From an uncultured Prevotella sp. (GTDB lineage: Bacteria; Bacteroidota; Bacteroidia; Bacteroidales; Bacteroidaceae), in NCBI GenBank assembly GCA_902496445.1, contig CABVAZ010000002.1, positions 4,925 through 68,924 on the forward strand: a stretch of 64,000 bases of DNA, given 5' to 3'. The position numbers were made by a program, and so were the translations under genes. Shown here piece by piece: positions 17,221-26,880 of this stretch (its first letter is position 1; each line of letters opens with the position of its first letter). The notes below the pieces were generated by a model. That model searched no databases and was not told where the DNA came from. It saw nothing but the letters and a program-made list of their open reading frames with translations.

Positions 17221-19568
17221 TTAGCGTGTTTTTTGCCTCTCGGCGACTTGGGCTCGGGGGCGTTGTTGACGATGTTCAGGCACTCGTCGTAGCTCAGTTG
17301 GGCTGCTTTCTCGTGTAGGTTCTTGGGCAGGCGGTAGTTCTTTCCGTCGTAAGCGATGTAGGGTCCGAAGCGTCCGTTCATCACTTCCATCTTGGGGTCT
17401 TCGTCAAACTGCTTGAGGTGTCGCTTGGCTTCTTCCTCGCGCTTGTTTCTTATCAGCTCTACGGCCTCTTGGAGCGTTATGCTCAGGGGGTCGGCGCCCT
17501 TGGGCAGCGACACGTATTTCTTGTTGTGCAGCACGTAGGGCCCGAATCTGCCGGCGCCTATGACAACTGCCGTGCCCTCGAAGTCGCCCACCGTGCGGGG
17601 CAGCTTGAAGAGCTCCAGAGCCTCTTGGAGCGTGATGTCTTCCATGCTCTTGTCGGCGGGTAACTGCGAGAAGCGGGGCTTCTCGTCGTCGTCGGCCGTG
17701 CCTATCTGCACCACGGGGCCGAAGCGCCCTATCTTCACGGACACTTGCTTGCCCGATTTGGGGTCAGTGCCCAGCACACGCTCTCCGGCCTTGTGCTCCG
17801 AGCGGGCGTTCATCACCTTCTCTACGTCGGGCTCAAACCTACGGTAGAATTCCTTCATCTCGGCGTTCCAGCGGGCCTTGCCCTCGGCTATCTTATCGAA
17901 CTCTTGCTCCACGTTGGCCGTGAAGTTGTAGTCCATGATGTCGGGGAAGTTCTGCATGAGGAAGTCGTTCACCACAATGCCTATGTCGGTGGGTATGAGC
18001 TTGCCTTTGTCGGCGCCTGCCATCTCTTTCTTCGTAGAGGTTGTTATGCTGGCGCTTCTTAGGGTGTCGATGGCGTAGAGCCTCTCTTCGCCTTTCTTCT
18101 CGCCCTTTTCCACGTAGCCTCTTTGCTGTATGGTGGATATGGTGGGGGCGTAGGTAGAGGGTCGGCCTATGCCCAGCTCTTCCATCTTGCGCACCAGGCT
18201 GGCCTCTGTGTAGCGCGAGGGGCTCTGCGAGAAGCGCTCGGTGGAGGTTATCTCGCGGCGTTTCAGCTCGTCGCCCATCTTCAGGGCTGGCAGGGTGTGC
18301 ATGCTGTCGTCGGCTCCGTTGCCGTCGTCGTCTGTAGACTCACGATACACTTTCAGGAATCCGTCGAAGCTCACCACCTCGCCGTTGGCCACAAACTCTT
18401 CTTCAGCCATGCGCCCGTTGCCATACACGCTGATGTTCACCGTGGTCTTCTCTATGCTGGCATCGGCCATCTGCGAGGCTATGGTGCGCTTCCATATCAG
18501 CTCGTATAGCCTCTTTTCCTGTGCCGTTCCGTCTATCTTCACGTCTTCCATGTGTGTGGGGCGTATGGCCTCGTGGGCCTCTTGGGCGCCCTTGGTGTGC
18601 ACGTGATACTGTCTCACCTTGCTGTATTGCCCGCCGTAGAGCTTCTCTATCTCGGCCTTGCTGGCGTTGATGCAGAGGGATGAGAGGTTCACGCTATCGG
18701 TTCGCATATAGGTGATGCGGCCGTTCTCATACAGCCTCTGGGCTATCATCATGGTTTGCGATACCGTCATGCCCAACTTGCGTGCTGCCTCTTGTTGCAG
18801 TGTAGATGTGGTGAAGGGTGGCGCGGGGGTGCGCTTGAGGGGCTTCTTGGTGATGGCGGCCACTCTGAATGTGGCGTCCTTGCAGGTGTTAAGAAATTCT
18901 ATGGCCTCGTCGTGCGTCTTGAAGCGTGTTGACAGTTCGGCTTTTACCTCGTTCACCTCGCCGTTTTCGTCGGCCACGGCAAAGATGGCGTTGATGCGAT
19001 AGTAGGGAACGCTCTTGAAGTTTTGTATCTCGCGCTCGCGCTCCACGATGAGCCTCACGGCAACGCTCTGCACTCTGCCGGCCGATAGCTGCGGCTTGAC
19101 CTTGCGCCAGAGCACGGGTGAGAGCTTGAAACCCACCAGTCTGTCGAGCACCCGGCGTGCCTGCTGGGCGTTAACCAGGTTCATGTCCAGATGGCGGGGG
19201 TGCTTGATGGCCTCGAGTATGGCGGGCTTGGTTATCTCATGAAAGACGATACGGCTTGTCTTTTCCTCGTTCAGCCCTAGCACCTCACACAAATGCCAGC
19301 TGATGGCCTCTCCCTCGCGGTCCTCATCAGACGCCAGCCATATTTTCTTGGCCTCTTTGGCGTTCTTCTTAAGGTCGCTGACAACCTTTTTCTTTTCCTC
19401 CGGTATCTCGTAGTCAGGCTCAAGCGTCTTGGTGTCTATGCTGAGCTCATGCTTCTTCAAGTCGCGTATATGTCCGTAAGACGACATCACCTTGTAGTCT
19501 TTGCCAAGGAACTTCTCAATGGTTTTAGCCTTGGCCGGACTCTCCACAATAACTAAGTTTTCCTGCAT
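17217..19568 (-). CDS. topA: DNA topoisomerase I
   Basis: The Toprim N-terminus LVIVESPAKAKTIEKFLG is present. 783 aa with C-terminal zinc-ribbon-like repeats. Confidence 0.95.
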   Translation of the reverse strand: MQENLVIVESPAKAKTIEKFLGKDYKVMSSYGHIRDLKKHELSIDTKTLEPDYEIPEEKKKVVSDLKKNAKEAKKIWLASDEDREGEAISWHLCEVLGLNEEKTSRIVFHEITKPAILEAIKHPRHLDMNLVNAQQARRVLDRLVGFKLSPVLWRKVKPQLSAGRVQSVAVRLIVEREREIQNFKSVPYYRINAIFAVADENGEVNEVKAELSTRFKTHDEAIEFLNTCKDATFRVAAITKKPLKRTPAPPFTTSTLQQEAARKLGMTVSQTMMIAQRLYENGRITYMRTDSVNLSSLCINASKAEIEKLYGGQYSKVRQYHVHTKGAQEAHEAIRPTHMEDVKIDGTAQEKRLYELIWKRTIASQMADASIEKTTVNISVYGNGRMAEEEFVANGEVVSFDGFLKVYRESTDDDGNGADDSMHTLPALKMGDELKRREITSTERFSQSPSRYTEASLVRKMEELGIGRPSTYAPTISTIQQRGYVEKGEKKGEERLYAIDTLRSASITTSTKKEMAGADKGKLIPTDIGIVVNDFLMQNFPDIMDYNFTANVEQEFDKIAEGKARWNAEMKEFYRRFEPDVEKVMNARSEHKAGERVLGTDPKSGKQVSVKIGRFGPVVQIGTADDDEKPRFSQLPADKSMEDITLQEALELFKLPRTVGDFEGTAVVIGAGRFGPYVLHNKKYVSLPKGADPLSITLQEAVELIRNKREEEAKRHLKQFDEDPKMEVMNGRFGPYIAYDGKNYRLPKNLHEKAAQLSYDECLNIVNNAPEPKSPRGKKHAK

Positions 19569-19598
19569 ATTCAGTATCTTGCTATATATTCAAGGGCG

Positions 19599-19606
19599 CA
19601 AAAGTA
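19599..19606 (-). promoter_or_regulatory. Bacteroides-type -7 element (TACTTTTG on the minus strand) upstream of topA
   Basis: The minus strand reads ttcttacTTTTGcgcc, matching the TAnnTTTG consensus about 30 nt upstream of the topA ATG. No clean -33 TTTG was found. Confidence 0.3.
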
Positions 19607-19662
19607 AGAAAAACTTTTGCTTACACCTTATATATAAGCGCTTTTTTCTGTTTTTTTAAGGT

Positions 19663-20184
19663 TTAGTAAGCATCCAGAAATTCCAGGAGTGCCTGCCTTA
19701 CCGACCGCATTCCGAACAGCTCGGTATGTATTTCCGGCAGCGGCAGCCACATTAGCTCGGCCGCGTCGTCGTTGGCCACGGCGCCCTTGCAGTCTTTCAC
19801 TTCACAGATGAAAAAGGTGTCGAGCGTGGGAACGTCAAACCCGCTGTAGCGGTATTTGGTGTTGGGCAGGCTGCAAAAATATTTTGTCTGGGTAACAGTC
19901 AGCCCCGTCTCTTCTTGCACCTCTCTCTTCAGGGCCGACTCCAGCGTCTCGCCTATGTCACAAAAGCCACCCGGAAGGTCGAGCGTGCCCTTGCCCGGAT
20001 TGCGCTTGCGCCGTTCCACCAGCAGCTCGTGATTCTCGTTCATGATGAAGGCGGCCACTGCCGAGCTGGGATTGAGATAATACTCAAATCCGCAGTTTGC
20101 GCATCGCTTGCTCTTCTCGTCGTTGATGTCGAAATGTTTGCTGCCGCAAACGGGACAATAGGCAAATTTATCCAATACGTGCAT
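19663..20184 (-). CDS. NUDIX hydrolase with an N-terminal C4 zinc ribbon (NudC-like architecture)
   Basis: CPVCGSKHF...CANCGF forms the zinc ribbon. The Nudix box is GGFCDIGETLESALKREVQEETGL. The probable start is the internal Met (MHVLDKF). Confidence 0.75.
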   Translation of the reverse strand: MHVLDKFAYCPVCGSKHFDINDEKSKRCANCGFEYYLNPSSAVAAFIMNENHELLVERRKRNPGKGTLDLPGGFCDIGETLESALKREVQEETGLTVTQTKYFCSLPNTKYRYSGFDVPTLDTFFICEVKDCKGAVANDDAAELMWLPLPEIHTELFGMRSVRQALLEFLDAY

Positions 20185-20367
20185 ATCTATATCTTTTTTA
20201 CAAGTGTTCTCCACGCCGGGCCCACTGGGCACAGCGACCATGAGTTGTTAACGGCAATGGCTAAACATTAAATTTCCTTTATAATGCCGTGGGCATTACC
20301 TTTAGCGACTGCAATATTACAAAAAAATGATTATCTTTGCAACATAATAAGCGAAAAAACATTCAGA

Positions 20368-21192
20368 ATGAATTTCAAGAAATTATTTTTCTTGCTGGGC
20401 TTGGCCGTTTTCTCACTTTCTGCGGCTGCCCAGCGCACTTTTGACGTAAACTTATATCAGGGCCGTCCACGCTACAGCAACGGCAATGTGCTAGACACAG
20501 CCAAGGTGAGGGTGTATCTTCCTGACGAGAAGAGCAACACGCGCAGGGCAGTGGTCATCTTTCCCGGGGGCGGCTATGAGTCGTTGGCTATGGACAAGGA
20601 AGGCTACGACTGGGGCGAGTTCTTTCAAAATCAGGGCATTGCGGCCATCGTGGTGAAATATCGTATGCCCAAGGGCAACCCCGACGTGCCCGTATCCGAT
20701 GCTGAGACGGCCATGCGCATGGTGCGCATCAATGCCGGCAGCTGGGGCATAAACGACGATGAAGTGGGCGTGATGGGCTTCTCGGCTGGAGGACATTTGG
20801 CCTCTGTGATTGCCACGCAAAGCACAGGAACGGCCAAGCCCAACTTCCAGATACTTTTCTATCCTGTCATTTCCATGATGGAAGGTTATGGACATGAGGG
20901 GTCGTTCAACAACTTCCTGGGCAAGCATCCCAGCAAGCGTGACCAGAAAAAATACAGTTCTGACCAGAACGTTTCGCGCATGACGCCGCGCGCGCTCATC
21001 TTTCTTTGCGACGACGACCGAGTGGTGCCGCCAGCCAATGGAGCCAGCTACTTCATGGAGCTGTATCGCCATGACGTGCCCGCGTCTATACACGTGTATC
21101 CCAGCGGAGGTCACGGCTTCGGCTCAAAGATAGGATTCCGTTATCACGAAGAGATGATGATGGAGCTCAAGTCATGGCTTAAAAGCTTCTAA
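20368..21192 (+). CDS. Secreted alpha/beta-hydrolase-fold esterase
   Basis: Signal peptide [30 protein letters not shown] nucleophile elbow and a conserved His near the C-terminus are present. Confidence 0.65.
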   Translation: MNFKKLFFLLGLAVFSLSAAAQRTFDVNLYQGRPRYSNGNVLDTAKVRVYLPDEKSNTRRAVVIFPGGGYESLAMDKEGYDWGEFFQNQGIAAIVVKYRMPKGNPDVPVSDAETAMRMVRINAGSWGINDDEVGVMGFSAGGHLASVIATQSTGTAKPNFQILFYPVISMMEGYGHEGSFNNFLGKHPSKRDQKKYSSDQNVSRMTPRALIFLCDDDRVVPPANGASYFMELYRHDVPASIHVYPSGGHGFGSKIGFRYHEEMMMELKSWLKSF

Positions 21193-21197
21193 GCTCT

Positions 21198-22232
21198 ATG
21201 GCGGAAGATTTTGATATAAGAGAGGAGCAGCTGTCGTCGGCCGAAAAGGAGTTTGAGAACGCACTGCGGCCGCTGCGCTTCGACGACTTCAGCGGGCAGC
21301 GCGCCGTGGTGGACAATCTGCGCGTGTTTGTAGAGGCAGCCAAGTATCGTGGCGAGCCGCTAGACCATACGCTGCTGCACGGACCGCCCGGACTGGGCAA
21401 GACAACCCTCAGCCAAATCATTGCTAACGAGCTGGGGGTGGGATTTAAGATTACGAGCGGCCCCGTGCTCGACAAGCCGGGCGACCTGGCCGGCATCCTG
21501 ACTTCGCTAGAGCCCAACGATGTGTTGTTCATCGACGAGATACACAGGCTCAGCCCTGTGGTGGAGGAGTATCTCTACTCGGCCATGGAAGACTATCGCA
21601 TAGATATCATGATAGACAAAGGGCCGTCGGCACGCTCCATACAGATAGACCTGAATCCCTTCACCCTGGTGGGTGCCACCACGCGCAGCGGGTTGCTCAC
21701 AGCGCCCCTTCGTGCACGCTTCGGCATCAACCTGCATCTGCAATACTATGATCCCGAAACGCTACAACGCATCGTCAAGCGCTCTGCCTCTTTGCTCAAG
21801 GTGCCCATAGAGGATGCCGCAGCTGCAGAGATAAGCCGCCGCAGCAGAGGCACGCCACGTATTGCCAACGGCTTGCTGAGACGTGTGAGAGACTTCGCCC
21901 AAGTGAAAGGCAACGGAACCATCACCCATTCCATCACCAACATGGCTCTGCAGGCTCTCAACATAGACCAGTATGGCCTTGACGAAACAGACAATAAGAT
22001 ACTGCTCACCATCATAGATAAGTTCAGGGGTGGCCCCGTGGGCATATCAACCATAGCCACGGCCATAGGCGAGGATGCCGGCACGGTGGAGGAGGTATAC
22101 GAGCCTTTCCTCATCATGGAGGGATTTATCAAGCGCACGCCACGCGGACGAATGGCCACAAAGCTGGCTTACGACCATCTGGGACGCAATCCCTATGCGG
22201 GCAATATCATGGAGCCAGACCTTTTTGGGTAA
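21198..22232 (+). CDS. ruvB: Holliday junction branch migration helicase RuvB
   Basis: Walker A motif [12 protein letters not shown]+ sensor and winged-helix regions are present. 344 aa. Confidence 0.95.
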   Translation: MAEDFDIREEQLSSAEKEFENALRPLRFDDFSGQRAVVDNLRVFVEAAKYRGEPLDHTLLHGPPGLGKTTLSQIIANELGVGFKITSGPVLDKPGDLAGILTSLEPNDVLFIDEIHRLSPVVEEYLYSAMEDYRIDIMIDKGPSARSIQIDLNPFTLVGATTRSGLLTAPLRARFGINLHLQYYDPETLQRIVKRSASLLKVPIEDAAAAEISRRSRGTPRIANGLLRRVRDFAQVKGNGTITHSITNMALQALNIDQYGLDETDNKILLTIIDKFRGGPVGISTIATAIGEDAGTVEEVYEPFLIMEGFIKRTPRGRMATKLAYDHLGRNPYAGNIMEPDLFG

Positions 22233-22306
22233 TACTATAAGAGGCTTAACCGGCACATACAGCCAGCTAAGCCTCTTTTGCTATTCGTCAGGAAAAAACT
22301 TCTTGC

Positions 22307-23734
22307 TTACTTGCCGGGATAGCCCGGCTCGCCCTTCAGCGGCCAGTAAGGCGACGGGTGGTGCATCTTCTTCATCATCTTGTCGAGCGCTTTCACCATC
22401 TTGGGATATTTCTCCGCCAGGTTATTCTGCTCGGTGGGGTCCTCCTTGATGTTATACAGCTCCACAGGATGGCCCTGCCCAATCGACTCAGCCTTCCACT
22501 CTCCGTGGCGAATGGCACGCTGCTTGCCCGGAAACTCCCAGTAGAGGTATCGGTTGTCGGTGTCTATCTGCTTGCCGTAGAAGAGGGGCGACACGTCCAT
22601 ACCGTCTATATCGCGTGGCAGGCTCTTGCTGCTGCCCGTTATCTGCGCCAGGGTGGGCATGAAGTCGGGAAAATAAACCAGGTTGCTGAGGTTCTGCACA
22701 GGCACCTTTCCAGGCTGGTTTACGATGAGCGGAACCCTTATTCCGCCCTCATAGAGCTGGCCCTTGTGGCCTTTGAGGCCCGCTCCGCAGTTCAGCTCTT
22801 TGAGCGGAGCCATAACAGCCGCGCCGTTATCCGACGCGAAGATAACCAGTGTGTTCTGCCTCAAGCCCAGCGCGTCGAGCGCGCCCAGAACCCTTCCGAT
22901 GTTATAGTCCATGTGTGTCACCAGGGCGGCATAGCGCTTGGTGTTGGCGCTCCAGTTGCCCTCGTCGTCATACCACGACGTGTCGTCGATGTGGTAAGGC
23001 TCGTGCGGAGCGTCGTAAGCCAGATAAAGGAAGAAGGGATGGTCCTTCTCACGGTTGATAAAGGCTATGGCGTCGTCGGTAGAAATCTCGGTGTTGTGCC
23101 TCACATGGGCGTCGTGCTCGTTCTCACTGATGTTGATGAGGCTGTCGCCATGAAAACGATAGTAGGGATAATAATAGTAAGGACCGTTGCTCTTGGGCGT
23201 TGATATGGTCCAGCCATAGAATTCGTCAAAGCCCCTGTGGTTGGGTGCTGCCATAGGGTCGTAGCCGTCGAGGTGCCATTTGTTTACCAGGCAAGTGCGG
23301 TAACCGGCCGTGCGCAGCACCGTGGCTATGGTGGTGTCTTCCGGAAGCAGGTTGGCTCGGTGCAGATAAGTGGTGTCGCCGTTGGTGTTAATCTTGATTC
23401 CGATGCGCCCGCCCACAGGGCATTGGTTGTCGCGTATGCGCGACTTGCCGGTATTCATGCCCGTCATGAGTGCGCATCTCGACGGCGACGAAATGCCGCT
23501 GCCGGCATAAGCCTGTGAGAAGCGAGTGCCCGTAGCGGCCAGCTTGTCGATGTTAGGAGTTTGAATGTACTGGTTGCCGTAGCAGTGCAAGTCGCCGTAG
23601 CCCATGTCATCGGCCAGTATGAAGACGATGTTGGGCCTCTCCGGCGTAGCTTTAGTAGCTTTTTCCTGGGCACCTGCACAGCCTGGCACAAACGTGGCGG
23701 CCAGCATTCCGCCCAGACATAATTTTGTGTTCAT
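22307..23734 (-). CDS. Sulfatase (arylsulfatase family, Ser-type active site)
   Basis: Signal peptide present. FILADDMGYGDL and SSPSRCALMTG (S-x-P-x-R with Ser rather than Cys) are present. Confidence 0.85.
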   Translation of the reverse strand: MNTKLCLGGMLAATFVPGCAGAQEKATKATPERPNIVFILADDMGYGDLHCYGNQYIQTPNIDKLAATGTRFSQAYAGSGISSPSRCALMTGMNTGKSRIRDNQCPVGGRIGIKINTNGDTTYLHRANLLPEDTTIATVLRTAGYRTCLVNKWHLDGYDPMAAPNHRGFDEFYGWTISTPKSNGPYYYYPYYRFHGDSLINISENEHDAHVRHNTEISTDDAIAFINREKDHPFFLYLAYDAPHEPYHIDDTSWYDDEGNWSANTKRYAALVTHMDYNIGRVLGALDALGLRQNTLVIFASDNGAAVMAPLKELNCGAGLKGHKGQLYEGGIRVPLIVNQPGKVPVQNLSNLVYFPDFMPTLAQITGSSKSLPRDIDGMDVSPLFYGKQIDTDNRYLYWEFPGKQRAIRHGEWKAESIGQGHPVELYNIKEDPTEQNNLAEKYPKMVKALDKMMKKMHHPSPYWPLKGEPGYPGK

Positions 23735-24032
23735 AGTTTGTTTGGATTAATATTCGCAGATGCAAAGATAGTGTTTTTTGCCTTAACGTACAAGCATTGA
23801 AAGACATTTCTGCCTTAGCGCCCAAGTAGAAAGACATAAAAACGCATCCACAGAAGGGTGCTGCCCTTGTATGGATAATCATTAAAATCTGTTGCATGTA
23901 ATCATTCTTTTACCAGCAGTTGTATTGCCCGCGCCTTCTAATGCGTACGGCAGTCAGTGCATTCTGCAAATGTAAAGTGGTAAGGGCTGCAGCTGAATAT
24001 GTGGACGAAGGCATGAAAAAAGCGGATATTGA

Positions 24033-24063
24033 TTTGACAGCTAGCTATTTTTTTGTAACTTTG
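24033..24063 (+). promoter_or_regulatory. Bacteroides sigma-A promoter (-33 TTTG, -7 TAACTTTG) for the nucleoside transporter gene
   Basis: gaTTTGacag lies 19 nt upstream of gTAACTTTGc, and the ATG is at 24078. Confidence 0.4.
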
Positions 24064-24077
24064 CAGCTGTTTATATT

Positions 24078-25310
24078 ATGGTACTCAATTATATTTGGAT
24101 AGCATTCTTCGTCATAGCCTTTGTCTTTGCGATTATTCAACTGGCTATGGGCAATACGACAATCTTTCAACAGATTGTCCTTTCTACTTTCGACTCTTCC
24201 AAAACGGCCTTCGAAACGTCGTTGGGACTTACAGGCGTGCTGGCCTTGTGGCTGGGCATCATGAAGATAGGAGAGAGGGCTGGCGTGGTGAATGTGCTGG
24301 CCAGGATGCTCAGCCCGGTGTTTACGAAGCTCTTCCCTGACATTCCCAAGAATCATCCTGTGATGGGCAGCATCTTCATGAACATCGCTTCCAACATGTT
24401 GGGGCTTGATAATGCCGCCACGCCTACGGGACTCAAGGCTATGAGCCAGATGCAAGAGCTGAACAACAAGAAGGACACGGCCACCAATCCCATGATTATG
24501 TTCCTTGTGCTCAACACGTCCGGCCTCACCATCATCCCCACAACCATCCTTGCCTTTCGCTCCTCTTACGGAGCGGCACAGCCCAACGACGTGTTCATAC
24601 CCATCCTGCTGGCCACCACGGTGGCCACACTGGCCGGCATTGTCGTCACTGCCTTGTGGCAGAAGATAAATCTCTTGCAGCCTGCTCTGCTGGCTACGCT
24701 GCTCGGTCTCATCGCTTTTGTGGGGCTGGTGATATGGGGCTTCGGGCAGATGAGCCGTCAGACGATGGACACGGTGACGGCTGTAGCCTCCAACCTGATA
24801 CTCTTCGGCTTCATCGTGCTGTTCATTCTGGCGGGTTGGCTGAAGCACATCAACGTCTATGACGCCTTCATAGAGGGCGCGAAAGAGGGCTTCAGCACCG
24901 CTGTGCGCATCATTCCCTATCTTGTGGCCATACTTGTTGGCGTGGGCGTGTTCCGCGCTTCGGGTGCCATGGACATGCTCATAGGAGGCGTGAAGTGGGC
25001 TGTGGCAGCCTGCGGCATGAATACCGACTTTGTGGGCGCGCTGCCCACGGCACTTATGAAGCCGTTGTCGGGCAGTGGGGCGCGTGGCCTGATGCTCGAA
25101 ACCATGAAGCATTACGGCCCCGACTCGTTTGTGGGCAGGCTGAGCTGCATTTTCCAAGGCTCCACCGACACCACGTTCTACATCCTGGCCGTTTACTTCG
25201 GCTCGGTAAACATCAAATACACACGCCACGCCGTGGCCTGTGGCTTGCTGGCAGACTTGGCTGGCGTGATAGCGGCTATATGCATAGCCTACATCTTTTT
25301 CGGCGCATAG
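24078..25310 (+). CDS. Membrane protein with a nucleoside-recognition domain (SpmA/SpmB-like)
   Basis: 410 aa polytopic protein. The Gate/nucleoside-transporter-like repeats (NMLGLDNAATPTGLKAM) are duplicated. Confidence 0.7.
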   Translation: MVLNYIWIAFFVIAFVFAIIQLAMGNTTIFQQIVLSTFDSSKTAFETSLGLTGVLALWLGIMKIGERAGVVNVLARMLSPVFTKLFPDIPKNHPVMGSIFMNIASNMLGLDNAATPTGLKAMSQMQELNNKKDTATNPMIMFLVLNTSGLTIIPTTILAFRSSYGAAQPNDVFIPILLATTVATLAGIVVTALWQKINLLQPALLATLLGLIAFVGLVIWGFGQMSRQTMDTVTAVASNLILFGFIVLFILAGWLKHINVYDAFIEGAKEGFSTAVRIIPYLVAILVGVGVFRASGAMDMLIGGVKWAVAACGMNTDFVGALPTALMKPLSGSGARGLMLETMKHYGPDSFVGRLSCIFQGSTDTTFYILAVYFGSVNIKYTRHAVACGLLADLAGVIAAICIAYIFFGA

Positions 25311-25357
25311 CAAACATCATATAGGCTCTGTGAGAGCGTAAATCCAATAACTTTGAA

Positions 25358-26848
25358 ATGGCAAACTTAAAGTCACTCATGAAAGATACCGCCATCTATG
25401 GCATCAGCAGCATAGCCGCGCGGTTCATCAATTATCTGCTCGTGCCCATAGAGACATTCGCCTGGGCAGCCAAAGGTGGCCAATATGGCATCATCACCAA
25501 CGTGTATTCTTATATAGCCATACTCATTGTGCTGCTCACCTTTGGCATGGAAACCACCTTCTTCCGTTATGCCAACAAAGAGGGTGAGAATGCCCGGATG
25601 GTTTACTCCACCGTGCTGCGCATGGTGGGAGCCGTGGCTCTGGCCTTCGCACTCATCATAATGGCCTTCCTGAAGCCTATAGCTGGCTTCATGGGCTATG
25701 CCGAACATCCGTGGTACATAGGCGCCATGGCCCTGTGTGTGGCTATCGACGCATGGTCGTGCATCATGTTCGACTATTTGAGATACCTGCACAGGCCCAT
25801 GAAGTTCATGATTCTCAAGGTAGCCAACATCTTCATCAACGTGGTGATGGTGGCCATGCTGCTGCTTGTTCTGCCCGCCCTGCACATCTATATACCGGGA
25901 CTCTACAGTGCCACGGGCGTGCCCGACGTGGGCATTGTGTTCTACGTCAACCTGCTGTGCTCGGTAGTCACGCTGCTGTTGTTGTGGAAAGAGGCACGCG
26001 GCATTACCGCAGGCTTCGACTGGAAGCTGTGCCGCCGCATGTTCTCCTACACCTGGCCCATGCTCATCCTGGGCATCGCCGGACAGCTTAACCAGAGCGC
26101 CTCGCAGATACTCTTTCCCTATCTGTATGACGGAGCAGCCTCAGAGGCGAAGGCACAGTTAGGTATTTACGGCGGATGTATAAAGATAGCCATGATCATG
26201 GTGATCATCACGCAGGCCTTCCGCTTTGCTTATGAGCCTTTCGTATTCGGCAATAAAGATGCCGACAAGAAGCAAACCTATGCCAAGGTGATGAAATTCT
26301 ATGTCATGTTCACACTGCTGGCCTATCTTTGCGTCATTGCTTATATGGACATCCTGCGCCATGTGGTGGCCCCCGATTACTGGGAAGGCCTGAAGGTGGT
26401 GCCTATCACGATGGCTGCCGAGATTATGTTCGGCGTCTACTTCAATCTGAGCTTCTGGTATAAGCTCACCGACCGCACCATCTGGGGCGCCTACTTCTCC
26501 GGACTGGGATGCCTGGTGCTCATCCTCACCGATGTTATCTTCATTCCGCATTACAGCTATATGGCCTGCGCATGGGCCGGCTTTGCGGCTTACGGAATAA
26601 GCATGGTGGCCAGCTACTTCTTCGGGCAGAAGTATTACCCCATCAACTATCCCATCAAGGATATTATGATATATGTTGTTCTGGCCGTGCTCGTCTTCGC
26701 CGGAATGACCTGTTCCAACCAACTGCTGCCATCGGGCTGGGCCCTTGTGGGCAACACACTGCTCTTGCTGGCGTTTGTGGCTTACATGGTGAAGAAAGAC
26801 ATACCCTTAGCCAGCCTGCCTGTCATTGGCAAGCACTTCAAGAAATAA
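25358..26848 (+). CDS. Polysaccharide biosynthesis / oligosaccharide flippase (Wzx/MOP superfamily)
   Basis: 496 aa with about 12-14 TM segments. The N-terminal pattern MANLKSLMKDTAIYGISSIAARFINYLLVP is typical of Bacteroidetes Wzx-like proteins. Confidence 0.65.
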   Translation: MANLKSLMKDTAIYGISSIAARFINYLLVPIETFAWAAKGGQYGIITNVYSYIAILIVLLTFGMETTFFRYANKEGENARMVYSTVLRMVGAVALAFALIIMAFLKPIAGFMGYAEHPWYIGAMALCVAIDAWSCIMFDYLRYLHRPMKFMILKVANIFINVVMVAMLLLVLPALHIYIPGLYSATGVPDVGIVFYVNLLCSVVTLLLLWKEARGITAGFDWKLCRRMFSYTWPMLILGIAGQLNQSASQILFPYLYDGAASEAKAQLGIYGGCIKIAMIMVIITQAFRFAYEPFVFGNKDADKKQTYAKVMKFYVMFTLLAYLCVIAYMDILRHVVAPDYWEGLKVVPITMAAEIMFGVYFNLSFWYKLTDRTIWGAYFSGLGCLVLILTDVIFIPHYSYMACAWAGFAAYGISMVASYFFGQKYYPINYPIKDIMIYVVLAVLVFAGMTCSNQLLPSGWALVGNTLLLLAFVAYMVKKDIPLASLPVIGKHFKK

Positions 26849-26880
26849 CGTAATCTTAATTAATAGCTATAGAAAACCTT

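Noticed and set aside
22358-23203. 281-aa plus-strand ORF
   Set aside because: It is antisense to the sulfatase gene, which has a clear signal peptide and sulfatase motifs.
24045-25313. 422-aa minus-strand ORF
   Set aside because: It is antisense to the nucleoside-recognition membrane protein gene. It is His/Arg/Gly-rich and not protein-like.
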